Below the pieces are notes generated by a model. It was not told the origin of the DNA, ran no database searches, and saw nothing but the letters and a program-made list of their open reading frames with translations. A stretch of DNA of 64,000 nt, taken from an uncultured Bacteroidales bacterium. GTDB lineage: Bacteria; Bacteroidota; Bacteroidia; Bacteroidales; CAYRRV01. Positions within the stretch are counted from its first letter, which is position 1; every line of letters begins with the position of its first letter. Below are positions 19,387 to 28,777 of the stretch, in pieces. Both the position numbers and the translations under genes were made by a program. The DNA lies in assembly GCA_964426725.1 (NCBI GenBank), contig CAYRRV010000015.1:7765-71764 (forward strand), in the 5' to 3' direction.

Positions 19387-21444
19387 CTATTTTTCAATTT
19401 TTATTCTCGCGTCGACAACACGAATGGTATCACCGGTGCCAATTAACGGGTTTAAATCCATTTCTTTGATCTCGGTGGCGTACCTGAGCATGGTTGACAA
19501 CCTGACCATGATTCCCGCGAGGATATCTTCATTCACTCCTTTTTTTCCGCGGGCTCCTTTAATGATCTTGTAACTTTTGATTGAACGCAACATGGAATAG
19601 GCCTCGGGGTATGTAAGTGGGGCCAGGCCGGAAGAAACATCCTTTAAAACTTCAACAAAAATTCCACCCAGCCCGCAAAGTATCACGTGGCCAAAAGCAG
19701 GTTCATACTTGGCTCCCAAAAACAGTTCAATTCCCGAGATCATGGACTGAAGCAAAACCCCTTCGGCCCCGTCAATTTCCATTAACCGGGCATATTCTGC
19801 AATCAGGTGTTTCTCGGTATTGACATTTAACACGACCCCGTTTACATCCGATTTATGAACAGGACCTATAACTTTCATGGCCAGTGGATACCCTATTTTT
19901 TCAGCAATTTCTGTTAATTTCACTGGACTTTTCACGAATGCTTCGTCAACCGTTATAATACTGGCGGCATCCAATAAAGCCCGGATAGTATCAGGGTCCG
20001 CGTAACCAGTTTTTGCCTTGTCAATAATACGCCTGACAGCTTTAATATCAACTCCTTCTTCTTCGATTTTCTCCTCTGCCGGAAAAGGAGTATTGTAAAC
20101 CTTGGCCACTGCACGTCCCAGGAGAACTTCATCTGGAAAATTAACGTGTCCCTGGGATAGAAAAAAATCAAGTTCTTTTCTGGCTGTATTGAGTGAAGGT
20201 AAAATAGGGAATATGGGTATGGAGGAATTTTTCATTTTTTCATGCAATACCTCGTAGGCATCAAAAACCTCTGTAAGACCGGTACTGCCAAAGATGACCA
20301 TGATGGCATCGACGTTTTCAAATTTTTTCTCACAATAATCAATGACGACAGCCAGTTGCCGGGCGGTACCGGTAGCCAGCAGATCAATCGGGTTACTGAC
20401 GGATGCTCCCTCGTTTAACTGTCCCAGCAACTCTTCTGCAGGAGCTCCCCCGAGCCTTGGAATTTTCAGGCCCCCATGCGAAAGTGCATCGGTAAGCATA
20501 ACGGCTGGCCCACCCGCGTGGGTAACAATCGCGATGTTTTCCCCTTTTATTTCAGGATGCATCAAAACGGAGGCCACGGTTATGAGTTCCTCTCTCCCGT
20601 AACACCTGATAATCCCAGCCTTCCTGAAGAGTGCATCCACCGCCAGATCGGAACTGGCAAGAGCTCCTGTATGAGATGAAGCTGCCCTGCTGCCCGCCTC
20701 TGAACCACCAGACTTAATGGCAGCAATCCTGCAACCTTTCCTTACCAGGGAAGAAGAATGCTTCAATAGCTTGTCCGGATTATCAATTTTCTCAATGTAC
20801 AATAATTTTACCCGTGAACTTTTTCCAGGATCGAAATGTTCATCCATGTACTCCAGGATGTCCTCAACGCCTGTTTGCGCGCTATTCCCCACGGAATATA
20901 CCGCGGAGAAGGTCAAACCCTTGGGAATTCCAGATTCCATGATAAAAACTGCCGTGGCTCCCGAAGCTGAAATAAAATCACAACCCCCGGGATCCAACCT
21001 GGGAACAGGAGTGGTAAATACACCGCTGTAGGTTGTATTAATTACTCCAATACAATTCGGACCAATAAGACACGCATCATATTTATTTACAATGTCAACA
21101 ATTTCTTCTTCCAGTTGTCTGCCTTCTTCTGATTCTTCACTGAAACCTGCTGAAATGATGACAAAAGCCCTGGTATTTTTCTCGCGGGCCAGAAAATCAA
21201 CAGATTCGGGGCAGAATTGAGCCGGTATCACCAGGAAGGCAAGTTCTGTTTCCGGGATATGATTGATAAACCGATAAGATTTAACACCCTGAACTTCATC
21301 TTCTTTCGGATTTACCACGTACAATTCTCCCGTGTAACCATTATCGATGATATTCCGGAGTAGTTTCCCGCCAGGCTTATGTACATTATTGGAACCTCCC
21401 ACTACAACAATAGATGAAGGATTCAGAAGCTGCCTGTTGATCAT
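19387..21444 (-). CDS. ADP-forming acetyl/acyl-CoA synthetase (fused alpha-beta; acetate--CoA ligase family)
   Basis: 685 aa. CoA-binding N-terminus (IVVVGGSNN..KPGG), a succinyl-CoA-synthetase-like His region (SHTGALA) and a C-terminal ATP-grasp. Confidence 0.85.
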   Translation of the reverse strand: MINRQLLNPSSIVVVGGSNNVHKPGGKLLRNIIDNGYTGELYVVNPKEDEVQGVKSYRFINHIPETELAFLVIPAQFCPESVDFLAREKNTRAFVIISAGFSEESEEGRQLEEEIVDIVNKYDACLIGPNCIGVINTTYSGVFTTPVPRLDPGGCDFISASGATAVFIMESGIPKGLTFSAVYSVGNSAQTGVEDILEYMDEHFDPGKSSRVKLLYIEKIDNPDKLLKHSSSLVRKGCRIAAIKSGGSEAGSRAASSHTGALASSDLAVDALFRKAGIIRCYGREELITVASVLMHPEIKGENIAIVTHAGGPAVMLTDALSHGGLKIPRLGGAPAEELLGQLNEGASVSNPIDLLATGTARQLAVVIDYCEKKFENVDAIMVIFGSTGLTEVFDAYEVLHEKMKNSSIPIFPILPSLNTARKELDFFLSQGHVNFPDEVLLGRAVAKVYNTPFPAEEKIEEEGVDIKAVRRIIDKAKTGYADPDTIRALLDAASIITVDEAFVKSPVKLTEIAEKIGYPLAMKVIGPVHKSDVNGVVLNVNTEKHLIAEYARLMEIDGAEGVLLQSMISGIELFLGAKYEPAFGHVILCGLGGIFVEVLKDVSSGLAPLTYPEAYSMLRSIKSYKIIKGARGKKGVNEDILAGIMVRLSTMLRYATEIKEMDLNPLIGTGDTIRVVDARIKIEK

Positions 21445-21543
21445 TTTTGTTAAGATTTTAATTCATGAACAAAAATAATATATATGGATTAATCGGGAGT
21501 TGTTATAGAAAATATATTCATGAAAACCGGGATTGTTATTAAA

Positions 21544-21619
21544 CATGTCACACGAAAGAACCCGGGAATAAAAATTTCCGGGTTCTTTAAGCTGTTAAAT
21601 CCCTGGTGACGCGTCACTC
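21544..21619 (-). repeat. partial/hybrid copy of the intergenic repeat (perfect palindrome plus strong hairpin)
   Basis: Reverse complement reads GAGTGACGCGTCAC...AAAGAACCCGG-12 nt-CCGGGTTCTTT-CGTGTGACATG. An 11-bp hairpin (21555-21588) replaces the middle blocks. Lies between the MCP stop and the ACS start. Confidence 0.5.
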
Positions 21620-21675
21620 GGATACATGGTACAAATCAAATATCATTTATTCATTGATATGACATTAGCAATTTA

Positions 21676-23718
21676 TTATGTTTCATTTTCTGCTTTTTCT
21701 TCCTTCATGGAATCTTCCATTTCATTTTCCATATTTATATCAAATTTTTGAAGTACTTCACCTCTCACGGGAGAATCATTCATCATTTTCTCGATTTGCA
21801 CGTGCCCCGAACTATCAACTTTAAAGAAACTAATTAATTCTTTTAATTCTTCAGCCTGGCTGGCCAATTCCTCTGAACTGGTTGCCATTTCCTCGGAAGC
21901 TGCTGCATTTTGCTGCGTAACTTTGGATAGTTCCTGAATGGAAATATTTATTTGATCGGCGCCATTTCTTTGTTCCAGGCTGGCTGCAGAAATTTCCTGG
22001 ATAAGGCTCGCTGTTTTTTCAATTTCAGGAACAATTTTTTCGAGCCGATCACCTGATTCCCGTGCTTTTTCATAACCTGACTTTGCAAGCTGAATAATCT
22101 CGTTTGCCGCGTCACGGCTATGCTCGGCGAGTTTCCTAACCTCAGAAGCCACCACGGCAAAACCCTTACCGTGTTCTCCGGCCCTGGCAGCCTCAACGGC
22201 AGCATTCAACGCCAAAAGATTAGTTTGAAAAGCAATATCGTTAATAACCGTGATTTTCTCTGAAATATCGTGCATGGAATCGAGTGAAATTTTGGCCGAT
22301 TCGTTTGCTGCCCTAATGGCATCTGTGGCAGCCCTGGATATTTTTTCAGTTTGTTGTGCATTATCTGAATTCTGTTCAATATTCGCGGCCATTTCTTCTA
22401 TCGCGGACGAGACCTCTTCAGCGGAAGCTGCCTGCTCGGAGGCACCCTGAGACATTTGCTGTGATCCACTACTAAACTGAAGGCTGGCCTGGGAAATATT
22501 CTCGGATGCATAGGAAATGTTATGCACGATATCCTTTAACCGAAATACCATGTTATTCAAAGCAGTGGATAATCTGCCGATTTCATCCTTCTGATCCACT
22601 TCAAGGGTGGATGTAAGATCGCCTCCTGCAATATTCTCCGCGAAAGTAACCCCCTTATTCACTGCCCTCTTTATTGATAAACTTATGAGATTCACGACCA
22701 AAAATACAACTGCAAGCGCTATCAATGCCGAAATAAAGACACCGGCCCTGATCTGATTGAGCTGCTGTAACAGTGCATTTTCATAAAAGGATGCTGACAC
22801 GTAAGAATCGATTGGCTCAACATATTTAAAATACTGGTACTTCCATTCGCCTTCACTTGTTTCCGGCCACTGGTAATAGGTTTTCCCCATACTTTTACCA
22901 GCGCGAATGATTTGCTGGAAGAAAGTCTTATCGGCCGCGTTTTCACCTTCCTGGGTAGGATGAATTATAAAATCTCCCTCGCTGTCAACAAGAAAAGGGT
23001 ATCCATTTTCAAAGTATTTAATATTATCAAAAACCTCCTTGATCAATTTGATATCTTTTTCCTTATTGCCAACGTAGAGAATCCCCTGTATTTCCCCATC
23101 AATATCAAAAGGCTGATATGCAGTAAGGTACCAGTCATCAACCACGAAAGCCCTGCCCATGTATGTTTCTCCACTTTCAACGGATTTTACCACCGGAGAA
23201 GAATTGGGAATATATGTGCCTGTTGCTCGTTCCCCTGATTTGTTTCGCACGTTGGTAGATATTCTCAGGTAACCCTGGGGTATCTTCTGGAAGATCGTGG
23301 CTGTACCACCTGTTAATTCGGATACCAAATCAACAAAATTATTATCCCCGTGCAGGGAACGCCCATTCAATATCCATGGATGAACCCGGATAATGCTCGT
23401 TTCACCGGTAATCTGGTTTACAGCTTCTACCTCCTTCATTTCTTCACCAGACCTTATTACTCCTCCCTGTTCCGTAAACAGGTGATCTGCCACTTCAATG
23501 GAACGGCTCACAACGGACTGACTGGATTTAACCTGCAATTCAATAATTGTAGCGAGATCTTCCACCTGCTTATACATCCACTCATCTGTTTGTTCAATTA
23601 GTTCCTTTTTCTGATGATTATAAATGTAAAATCCCATTCCCATGAATACCACGAGCAAAACCAAACCTATAATCAGGTTTAACCTAACATTAATGTTAAA
23701 ATCATTAATCGACTTCAT
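21676..23718 (-). CDS. methyl-accepting chemotaxis protein (Cache-type sensor, HAMP, MCP signalling domain)
   Basis: 680 aa with TM1, a periplasmic Cache-like region (ATGTYIP..., YLTAYQP), TM2, HAMP and the highly conserved hairpin region [38 protein letters not shown]. Confidence 0.9.
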   Translation of the reverse strand: MKSINDFNINVRLNLIIGLVLLVVFMGMGFYIYNHQKKELIEQTDEWMYKQVEDLATIIELQVKSSQSVVSRSIEVADHLFTEQGGVIRSGEEMKEVEAVNQITGETSIIRVHPWILNGRSLHGDNNFVDLVSELTGGTATIFQKIPQGYLRISTNVRNKSGERATGTYIPNSSPVVKSVESGETYMGRAFVVDDWYLTAYQPFDIDGEIQGILYVGNKEKDIKLIKEVFDNIKYFENGYPFLVDSEGDFIIHPTQEGENAADKTFFQQIIRAGKSMGKTYYQWPETSEGEWKYQYFKYVEPIDSYVSASFYENALLQQLNQIRAGVFISALIALAVVFLVVNLISLSIKRAVNKGVTFAENIAGGDLTSTLEVDQKDEIGRLSTALNNMVFRLKDIVHNISYASENISQASLQFSSGSQQMSQGASEQAASAEEVSSAIEEMAANIEQNSDNAQQTEKISRAATDAIRAANESAKISLDSMHDISEKITVINDIAFQTNLLALNAAVEAARAGEHGKGFAVVASEVRKLAEHSRDAANEIIQLAKSGYEKARESGDRLEKIVPEIEKTASLIQEISAASLEQRNGADQINISIQELSKVTQQNAAASEEMATSSEELASQAEELKELISFFKVDSSGHVQIEKMMNDSPVRGEVLQKFDINMENEMEDSMKEEKAENET

Positions 23719-23729
23719 AAATCAAAAAT

Positions 23730-24113
23730 TTAGCTTTTATTAACTTCACAAAACACTTCTTCAACAATATCATATAACTGATTTACTACCAATGGCTTGG
23801 CGATAAAACGATTGGCCCCCAGCATTTTCACCAAGGCTTTATCTTCAGAACCTGATAAGGCTGACAAAACGATAACAGGAATATCTCTGTAACCCGAATG
23901 AGATTTCAAAATTTTTAGAAATTCAAAACCATCCATACCCGGTAAAATAATATCCAGAATAATCAGGTCGGGAAGTCCTTTCTCTAGCAGCATGAAAGCA
24001 TCCCTGGCATCAAAAGCAGACCATACCTTGTAATTTGAGCGATCCAGAAGCTCGGTAATTAAAAATCGATTTTGGTAAGAATCATCAACAATCAGAATAG
24101 TTTTCTCTTTCAT
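23730..24113 (-). CDS. stand-alone response regulator receiver (CheY-like), 11 nt upstream of the MCP gene
   Basis: ILIVDDS...DLIILDIILPGMDGFEFL...LSA...KP REC motifs. The ATG at 24113 is preferred over the TTG at 24119. Confidence 0.85.
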   Translation of the reverse strand: MKEKTILIVDDSYQNRFLITELLDRSNYKVWSAFDARDAFMLLEKGLPDLIILDIILPGMDGFEFLKILKSHSGYRDIPVIVLSALSGSEDKALVKMLGANRFIAKPLVVNQLYDIVEEVFCEVNKS

Positions 24114-24393
24114 ACACAACCCACCTTATCTTTAAAATTCTGTATAAACAAATATACGTTACCATTGATTAGATGTACAAGGGTGAAAATACGGGAAACA
24201 TGAAATTCGGGTAATTCCACGCGGGATTTTTCCTACCCTGAATTAAAACAAAGCATTAATTTTCAAATCTTTACAAAAAAGACATACTATGTTACCCAGA
24301 TTAGAAATCGTTAAAAACAAGTATAAATACCCCGTGGGAAATCAGAAAAGTTAAGGTGTAAATGATCGTGAATGCAGGTAATTTTACTCGGAA

Positions 24394-25050
24394 TTATATT
24401 TTTATCAGACGGTTCTTAATAGCAAACATGACAAGGCTCACGGAGTTTTTGGTCCCGGTTTTCTGGATAAGATTAGCCCTGTGCCCGTCGACAGTGCGAG
24501 GACTGATATTTAAAATATCGGCAATTTCATTATTGGTCAATCCCTTGCATATATAATCCAGTACTTCAATCTCGCGCCGTGTAAGTGAAATTTCTTCTTC
24601 CTTCTTACCTTGTTGGAATTTAAAAACCAAATCTCTCTTCTCGGACACCTTGGAAAGCAACTCGGGAGTAATATAAGTATCACCGGACATAACCTTGTAA
24701 ATGGCTTCTTCCAGATCTCTGTTTTCCGAACTTTTAAGAAGAAACCCATGGGCTCCGGCTTCAATCATATGATGAAAGTACTCCTCATCACCCATCATGG
24801 AAAGGGCTATTACTTTAATATCCGGATGTACTTCAAGTACTTTCCGTGTAGCTTCAATTCCATCCATGCCCGGCATCCTGATATCCATGAAAATCATATC
24901 CGGTTTTTTATCTTTAACGAGTTCAAGAAGTTCATTTCCCTCAGCTGCCTCCCCGATAACTTTGATGTTATGAATTGAATTCAGGAAAGTGATTAATCCT
25001 TTCCTGAAAAAATAATGATCATCGACAACAATTACCTGAATTATTTTCAT
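24394..25050 (-). CDS. LuxR/NarL-family response regulator
   Basis: REC domain (VIVVDDH, DMIFMDIRMPGMDG) plus a LuxR HTH (LTRREIEVLDYICKGLTNNEIADILNISPRTVDGHRANL). Confidence 0.9.
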   Translation of the reverse strand: MKIIQVIVVDDHYFFRKGLITFLNSIHNIKVIGEAAEGNELLELVKDKKPDMIFMDIRMPGMDGIEATRKVLEVHPDIKVIALSMMGDEEYFHHMIEAGAHGFLLKSSENRDLEEAIYKVMSGDTYITPELLSKVSEKRDLVFKFQQGKKEEEISLTRREIEVLDYICKGLTNNEIADILNISPRTVDGHRANLIQKTGTKNSVSLVMFAIKNRLIKI

Positions 25051-25126
25051 AAAGGCTAATATATATGTAAAAAGTTATATTTCAAAATCGTTTTAACAAG
25101 TAAAATGGTTTTACCATCAAATAAAT

Positions 25127-26509
25127 TTAGGAAGAAATTTTAATTTTTACATCCATTCCCCTGCCGGGTGCTGAATTAATTATTATGTTTCCCCCGACAG
25201 ATTTTACCCTGGTAATTATGTTTTGCAATCCGGAACCGGGCTTGCTTTTCATTACCAGGTCATGATCGAAACCAATGCCGTTATCCTTGTAAGAAATGTC
25301 AATAAAATCAATATTTTTTATAATTTTCAATTTAATAAAACTGGCAGAAGCGTATTTTAAAGTGTTATTTAATAATTCAGAAATAATCCTGTACAACATC
25401 AATTCGATCTCCTTTGAATATCTTTGCTTTCCAATGTTTTCATCAAATTCAACCTTGATAGTCTGCATGAAGGAGATTTTCTCGATCAGGGCCCTAACAG
25501 CAGATGCAAGACCGTAATCACGTAAAATATAGGGCATTAGATTTTTAGATATCTCACTTGTGGCATTAATGGCCTGCCGGATTAAATCAAGCGCTTCACT
25601 ACCTAACTTTTCTTTATCTTTTTCAGAAAAATTAGAAGACAGCAACATGCTCACGTACATTTTAATACTGGATAACAATGGACCCAATCCATCATGCAAG
25701 TCCTCGGAGAATCTTTTTCTTTCTTTCTGTTCTGTTTCAAGTATGGTCGCGAATATTCTTCTTTCAAAATAGGTGCGCTCTGTTACATCTCTCACCACTA
25801 CAAGGATAGCATCTTTATTGTGGTACTTTATAATCTTAGTCTTGGATTCCACGGGTATCGTTTTACCCGTTCTTGATCGCAAGGCGGAACTAAAAAACAA
25901 TTGTTCCGATTGTCGCAACTGTTCATATTGCATTTCAAAGGATTCAGCCTCCCCTGTTGATAACATTTCCCGCTTAACAGAAACATCAGCCGGGGTCAAT
26001 TGCAGAAGTTCGTCTTTACTATACCCGAGTATATTGCAGGCATAATTATTAACCTCAAGCATATTACCATTAAAATCAAGAATAAAAATGGCATCCTGTA
26101 ATGAATTAAAGATAGATCTGAATTGCAAATCATCATCGTTAATCTGTAATGCTTCAGGTTTTGTTTGATCTTCCTCAAGAATGGAACAACTTAATATATT
26201 ATCTCCATGAAAAGAAAAAACAAGAACAGCATCATGCACTGGGACAGGCTCCAGGGCAACGTTATTCTCAATGGCAGTTTTAAGCTCACCGGGAGAAATA
26301 ATCCGGTTCAGACACATTTGCATGAAACTGATTATTTTATGCCTGGTGCTTAAATTCAACTTTTGCTTGAATTGCTGGCTCACATGCAATATTTCCCTTA
26401 ATTTCAGTTCATTATTGATCAAATGATAGTTGGCCACGACAATACCAACAGGCAAAGTTTTCAATATCTTTTGTGCTATATTAGCTGTAAATACACTCTT
26501 TTTTTTCAA
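25127..26509 (-). CDS. sensor histidine kinase (PAS + HisKA_3 + HATPase_c)
   Basis: PAS-like region (FRSIFNSLQDAIFILD), H-box RFSEDLHDGLGPLL typical of the NarX/DegS-type HisKA_3, and a C-terminal ATPase (DNGIGF, GSGLQNI). TTG start. Confidence 0.85.
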   Translation of the reverse strand: MKKKSVFTANIAQKILKTLPVGIVVANYHLINNELKLREILHVSQQFKQKLNLSTRHKIISFMQMCLNRIISPGELKTAIENNVALEPVPVHDAVLVFSFHGDNILSCSILEEDQTKPEALQINDDDLQFRSIFNSLQDAIFILDFNGNMLEVNNYACNILGYSKDELLQLTPADVSVKREMLSTGEAESFEMQYEQLRQSEQLFFSSALRSRTGKTIPVESKTKIIKYHNKDAILVVVRDVTERTYFERRIFATILETEQKERKRFSEDLHDGLGPLLSSIKMYVSMLLSSNFSEKDKEKLGSEALDLIRQAINATSEISKNLMPYILRDYGLASAVRALIEKISFMQTIKVEFDENIGKQRYSKEIELMLYRIISELLNNTLKYASASFIKLKIIKNIDFIDISYKDNGIGFDHDLVMKSKPGSGLQNIITRVKSVGGNIIINSAPGRGMDVKIKISS

Positions 26510-26537
26510 CCTGTAAAAAATTTATATATTTATAAGT

Positions 26538-26625
26538 TAGTGACGCGTCACACTTGATATTACAGAAAATAAATCCTATATATAGCACGTGTCACGGATC
26601 AACCGACATTTTTTCATTGACACAG
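26538..26625 (+). repeat. ~95-nt intergenic repeat family, copy 5 (best exemplar)
   Basis: TAGTGACGCGTCAC-A-CTTGATATTACAGAAAA-TAAATCCTATATATAGCAC-GTGTCACGGATCAACCGACATTTTTTCATTGACACAG. Carries the perfect 12-bp palindrome GTGACGCGTCAC at 26540-26551. Confidence 0.8.
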
Positions 26626-26847
26626 TATTAATAAAAAACCAGAAATAATATAAAATTAAAATTAGTACAATTTACTAACTTATACCCAAATGATAAAGAC
26701 ACGTGATTTATATAGTGCCGCCAACAAATTAACAAACTTAATTTCGGGCGATGACGATTTCGCCATAGATGAATGTTATGTTCCAACTTCAACGGAGGAA
26801 GTTATCCTTAAGAAAATTGATTGTTCGCTTCTCTCCAATCGCTCAAC

Positions 26848-27600
26848 TTAGGTGTAAATCATTTTCCTGGTCATCCCGCCATCAACTATGAAATTCTGTC
26901 CAGTGATAAATGAATTTTCGGGTTTCATCAGAAACGATACCATGGATGCAATATCTGGGGGTTCTCCCACCCTTCCAGCGGGATGCTGTGTATGATCTTC
27001 CCGTGTGAGTTCGGATTTTTCACGCTTCGATGATTTTTTCCAGCCGGATACATCGATCCAACCAGGGCTGATACAATTGACCCGTACATCCGGTCCTAAA
27101 CTGATGGCCAATGCATGAGTAAGGGCAACAATTCCTCCCTTGGAGGCCGAATAGGCTTCAGTGCCTGGTTCAGACATCAATGCACGAGTGCTGGCTATAT
27201 TAATGATCGCACCCTTGTTTTCACGCAATTGAGACTCGAAATATTTAGAAAACAGGAAAACAGAAGTAAGATTGATCCCGATTATCCTGTTCCAGTCATC
27301 CAAGGACATTTCCTGCAATGACATGAATTCAGAGACCCCGGCATTGTTTATGAGGCAAGAAATGGACTGGTCAATTCCCGAGATCTTCCGGTGAATTTTT
27401 TTTACATCTTCCTCGTTTGAAACATCACCGTGTATAAAGTGAATTTTTCCTGATTTATCCAGCTCCGTGGCGGTTTCGTTACCGGCGATTTCGTCAATAT
27501 CAACAATAAAAACAGGGAACCCTTCCTTACAAAGCCGGGTAGCAATGCCCTTGCCAATACCCTGAGCACCACCGGTAACGAGTACTGATGAATTTTTCAT
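26848..27600 (-). CDS. SDR-family oxidoreductase
   Basis: TGGAQGIGKGIA Rossmann motif, NAG and YSASKGG (YxxxK). 250 aa. Confidence 0.85.
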   Translation of the reverse strand: MKNSSVLVTGGAQGIGKGIATRLCKEGFPVFIVDIDEIAGNETATELDKSGKIHFIHGDVSNEEDVKKIHRKISGIDQSISCLINNAGVSEFMSLQEMSLDDWNRIIGINLTSVFLFSKYFESQLRENKGAIINIASTRALMSEPGTEAYSASKGGIVALTHALAISLGPDVRVNCISPGWIDVSGWKKSSKREKSELTREDHTQHPAGRVGEPPDIASMVSFLMKPENSFITGQNFIVDGGMTRKMIYT

Positions 27601-27612
27601 GTCGTGTATTTT

Positions 27613-28767
27613 TCATGATAATCTTTTCTTGTAATCATTGTACCCGAATTCCCTTACCAGCATAAAACCCTTTTGGTCGTTCCAAATACCGATAGAGGGA
27701 TGTTGAACACCATTAAAAGTGGTAGTTTTCACCATCGTGTAATGGATCATGTCATCGAAAATGATCTTATCGCCTCTTTTCAATTCCCTGTCGAAAGACC
27801 AGTTGCCCATGAAATCGCCTGAGAGACAACTATTTCCTCCCATGCGATAAGTAGGCTTCCCGGGAGTTTCATCGTAAGCGCCCAGTATTTTCGGCTTGTA
27901 GGGCATCTCAAGGCAATCAGGCATATGGGCAGTGAAGGACACATCCAGTATGGCTGTTCTTATACCATTCCTTTCCACGATATCTATAACTGTTGACAAC
28001 AGGTAGCCGGTTTTCCAGGCAAAAGCACTCCCGGGCTCAAGAATAATCTCCAAACCGTGTTTCTCTTTAAAGTTTTTGATAATGCTTATCAGGTGTTCAG
28101 TATCGTAATTTGCACCCGTTATAAGGTGCCCACCTCCCATGTTCACCCATTTAATATCCTGAAAAAATTTTCCAAATTTCTTTTCAAAAACATCCAGCAA
28201 TGCTTCCAGTTGACGTGAATCTGATTCGAACAACGCGTGAAAGTGAAGCCCTTCGACACTGGGAGGTAAATCATTGCCCAGTTCACCTGCTGTTATACCC
28301 AGCCGGCTACCCGGCATGGCCGGGTTATAAATATCTGTTGCAATCTCCGAGTACCCGGGATTTACGCGAAGCCCGGGAGAAATTTTTCGCTCGTGCCGCA
28401 TTATCGCCGGACAAAACTTGTAAAACTGGGCCAGGGAATTAAAAGTTACATGACTGCTGTATTTTAATATTTCATTGAATTCCTGCTTTTTATAAGCCGG
28501 GGAATAGGTGTGTACCAGTGTTTCCATTTCCTCGTAACCCAACCGGGCTTCATGCAGGCTGCTAGCCGAGGCTCCCTTTATATATTCCTTTACCACGGGG
28601 AATATGCTCCATTGGGCAAAACCTTTAAAAGCAAGAAGAATCTCAATTCCGGCCCTGTTGGCAGTATCCTTAATTATCTCTAAGTTGTTTCTCAATAATT
28701 GTTCATCCAACACGTAACAGGGTGAAGGTATTTTACTAAAATCTACTGGCATTTTCTTATATTTCAA
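27613..28767 (-). CDS. nspC: carboxynorspermidine/carboxyspermidine decarboxylase
   Basis: 384 aa. The N-terminal PSPCYVLDEQLLRNNLE and the overall alanine-racemase-fold decarboxylase pattern are typical of NspC. Adjacent to the dehydrogenase gene. Confidence 0.85.
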   Translation of the reverse strand: MKYKKMPVDFSKIPSPCYVLDEQLLRNNLEIIKDTANRAGIEILLAFKGFAQWSIFPVVKEYIKGASASSLHEARLGYEEMETLVHTYSPAYKKQEFNEILKYSSHVTFNSLAQFYKFCPAIMRHERKISPGLRVNPGYSEIATDIYNPAMPGSRLGITAGELGNDLPPSVEGLHFHALFESDSRQLEALLDVFEKKFGKFFQDIKWVNMGGGHLITGANYDTEHLISIIKNFKEKHGLEIILEPGSAFAWKTGYLLSTVIDIVERNGIRTAILDVSFTAHMPDCLEMPYKPKILGAYDETPGKPTYRMGGNSCLSGDFMGNWSFDRELKRGDKIIFDDMIHYTMVKTTTFNGVQHPSIGIWNDQKGFMLVREFGYNDYKKRLS

Positions 28768-28777
28768 GGTTTACTTA

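Noticed and set aside
21447-21464. Weak Rex-like site TTGTTAAGATTTTAATTC just upstream of the acyl-CoA synthetase ATG
   Set aside because: The left half-site is perfect, but the right half matches only 4 of 7 positions. It is too weak to call without a genome-trained PWM.
26611-26620. TTGACA hexamer in repeat block 3 as a sigma-70 -35 box
   Set aside because: No consistently spaced -10 (TATAAT-like) or Bacteroidota -7 (TAnnTTTG) element follows in the different copies. Promoter function remains only a hypothesis within the repeat finding.
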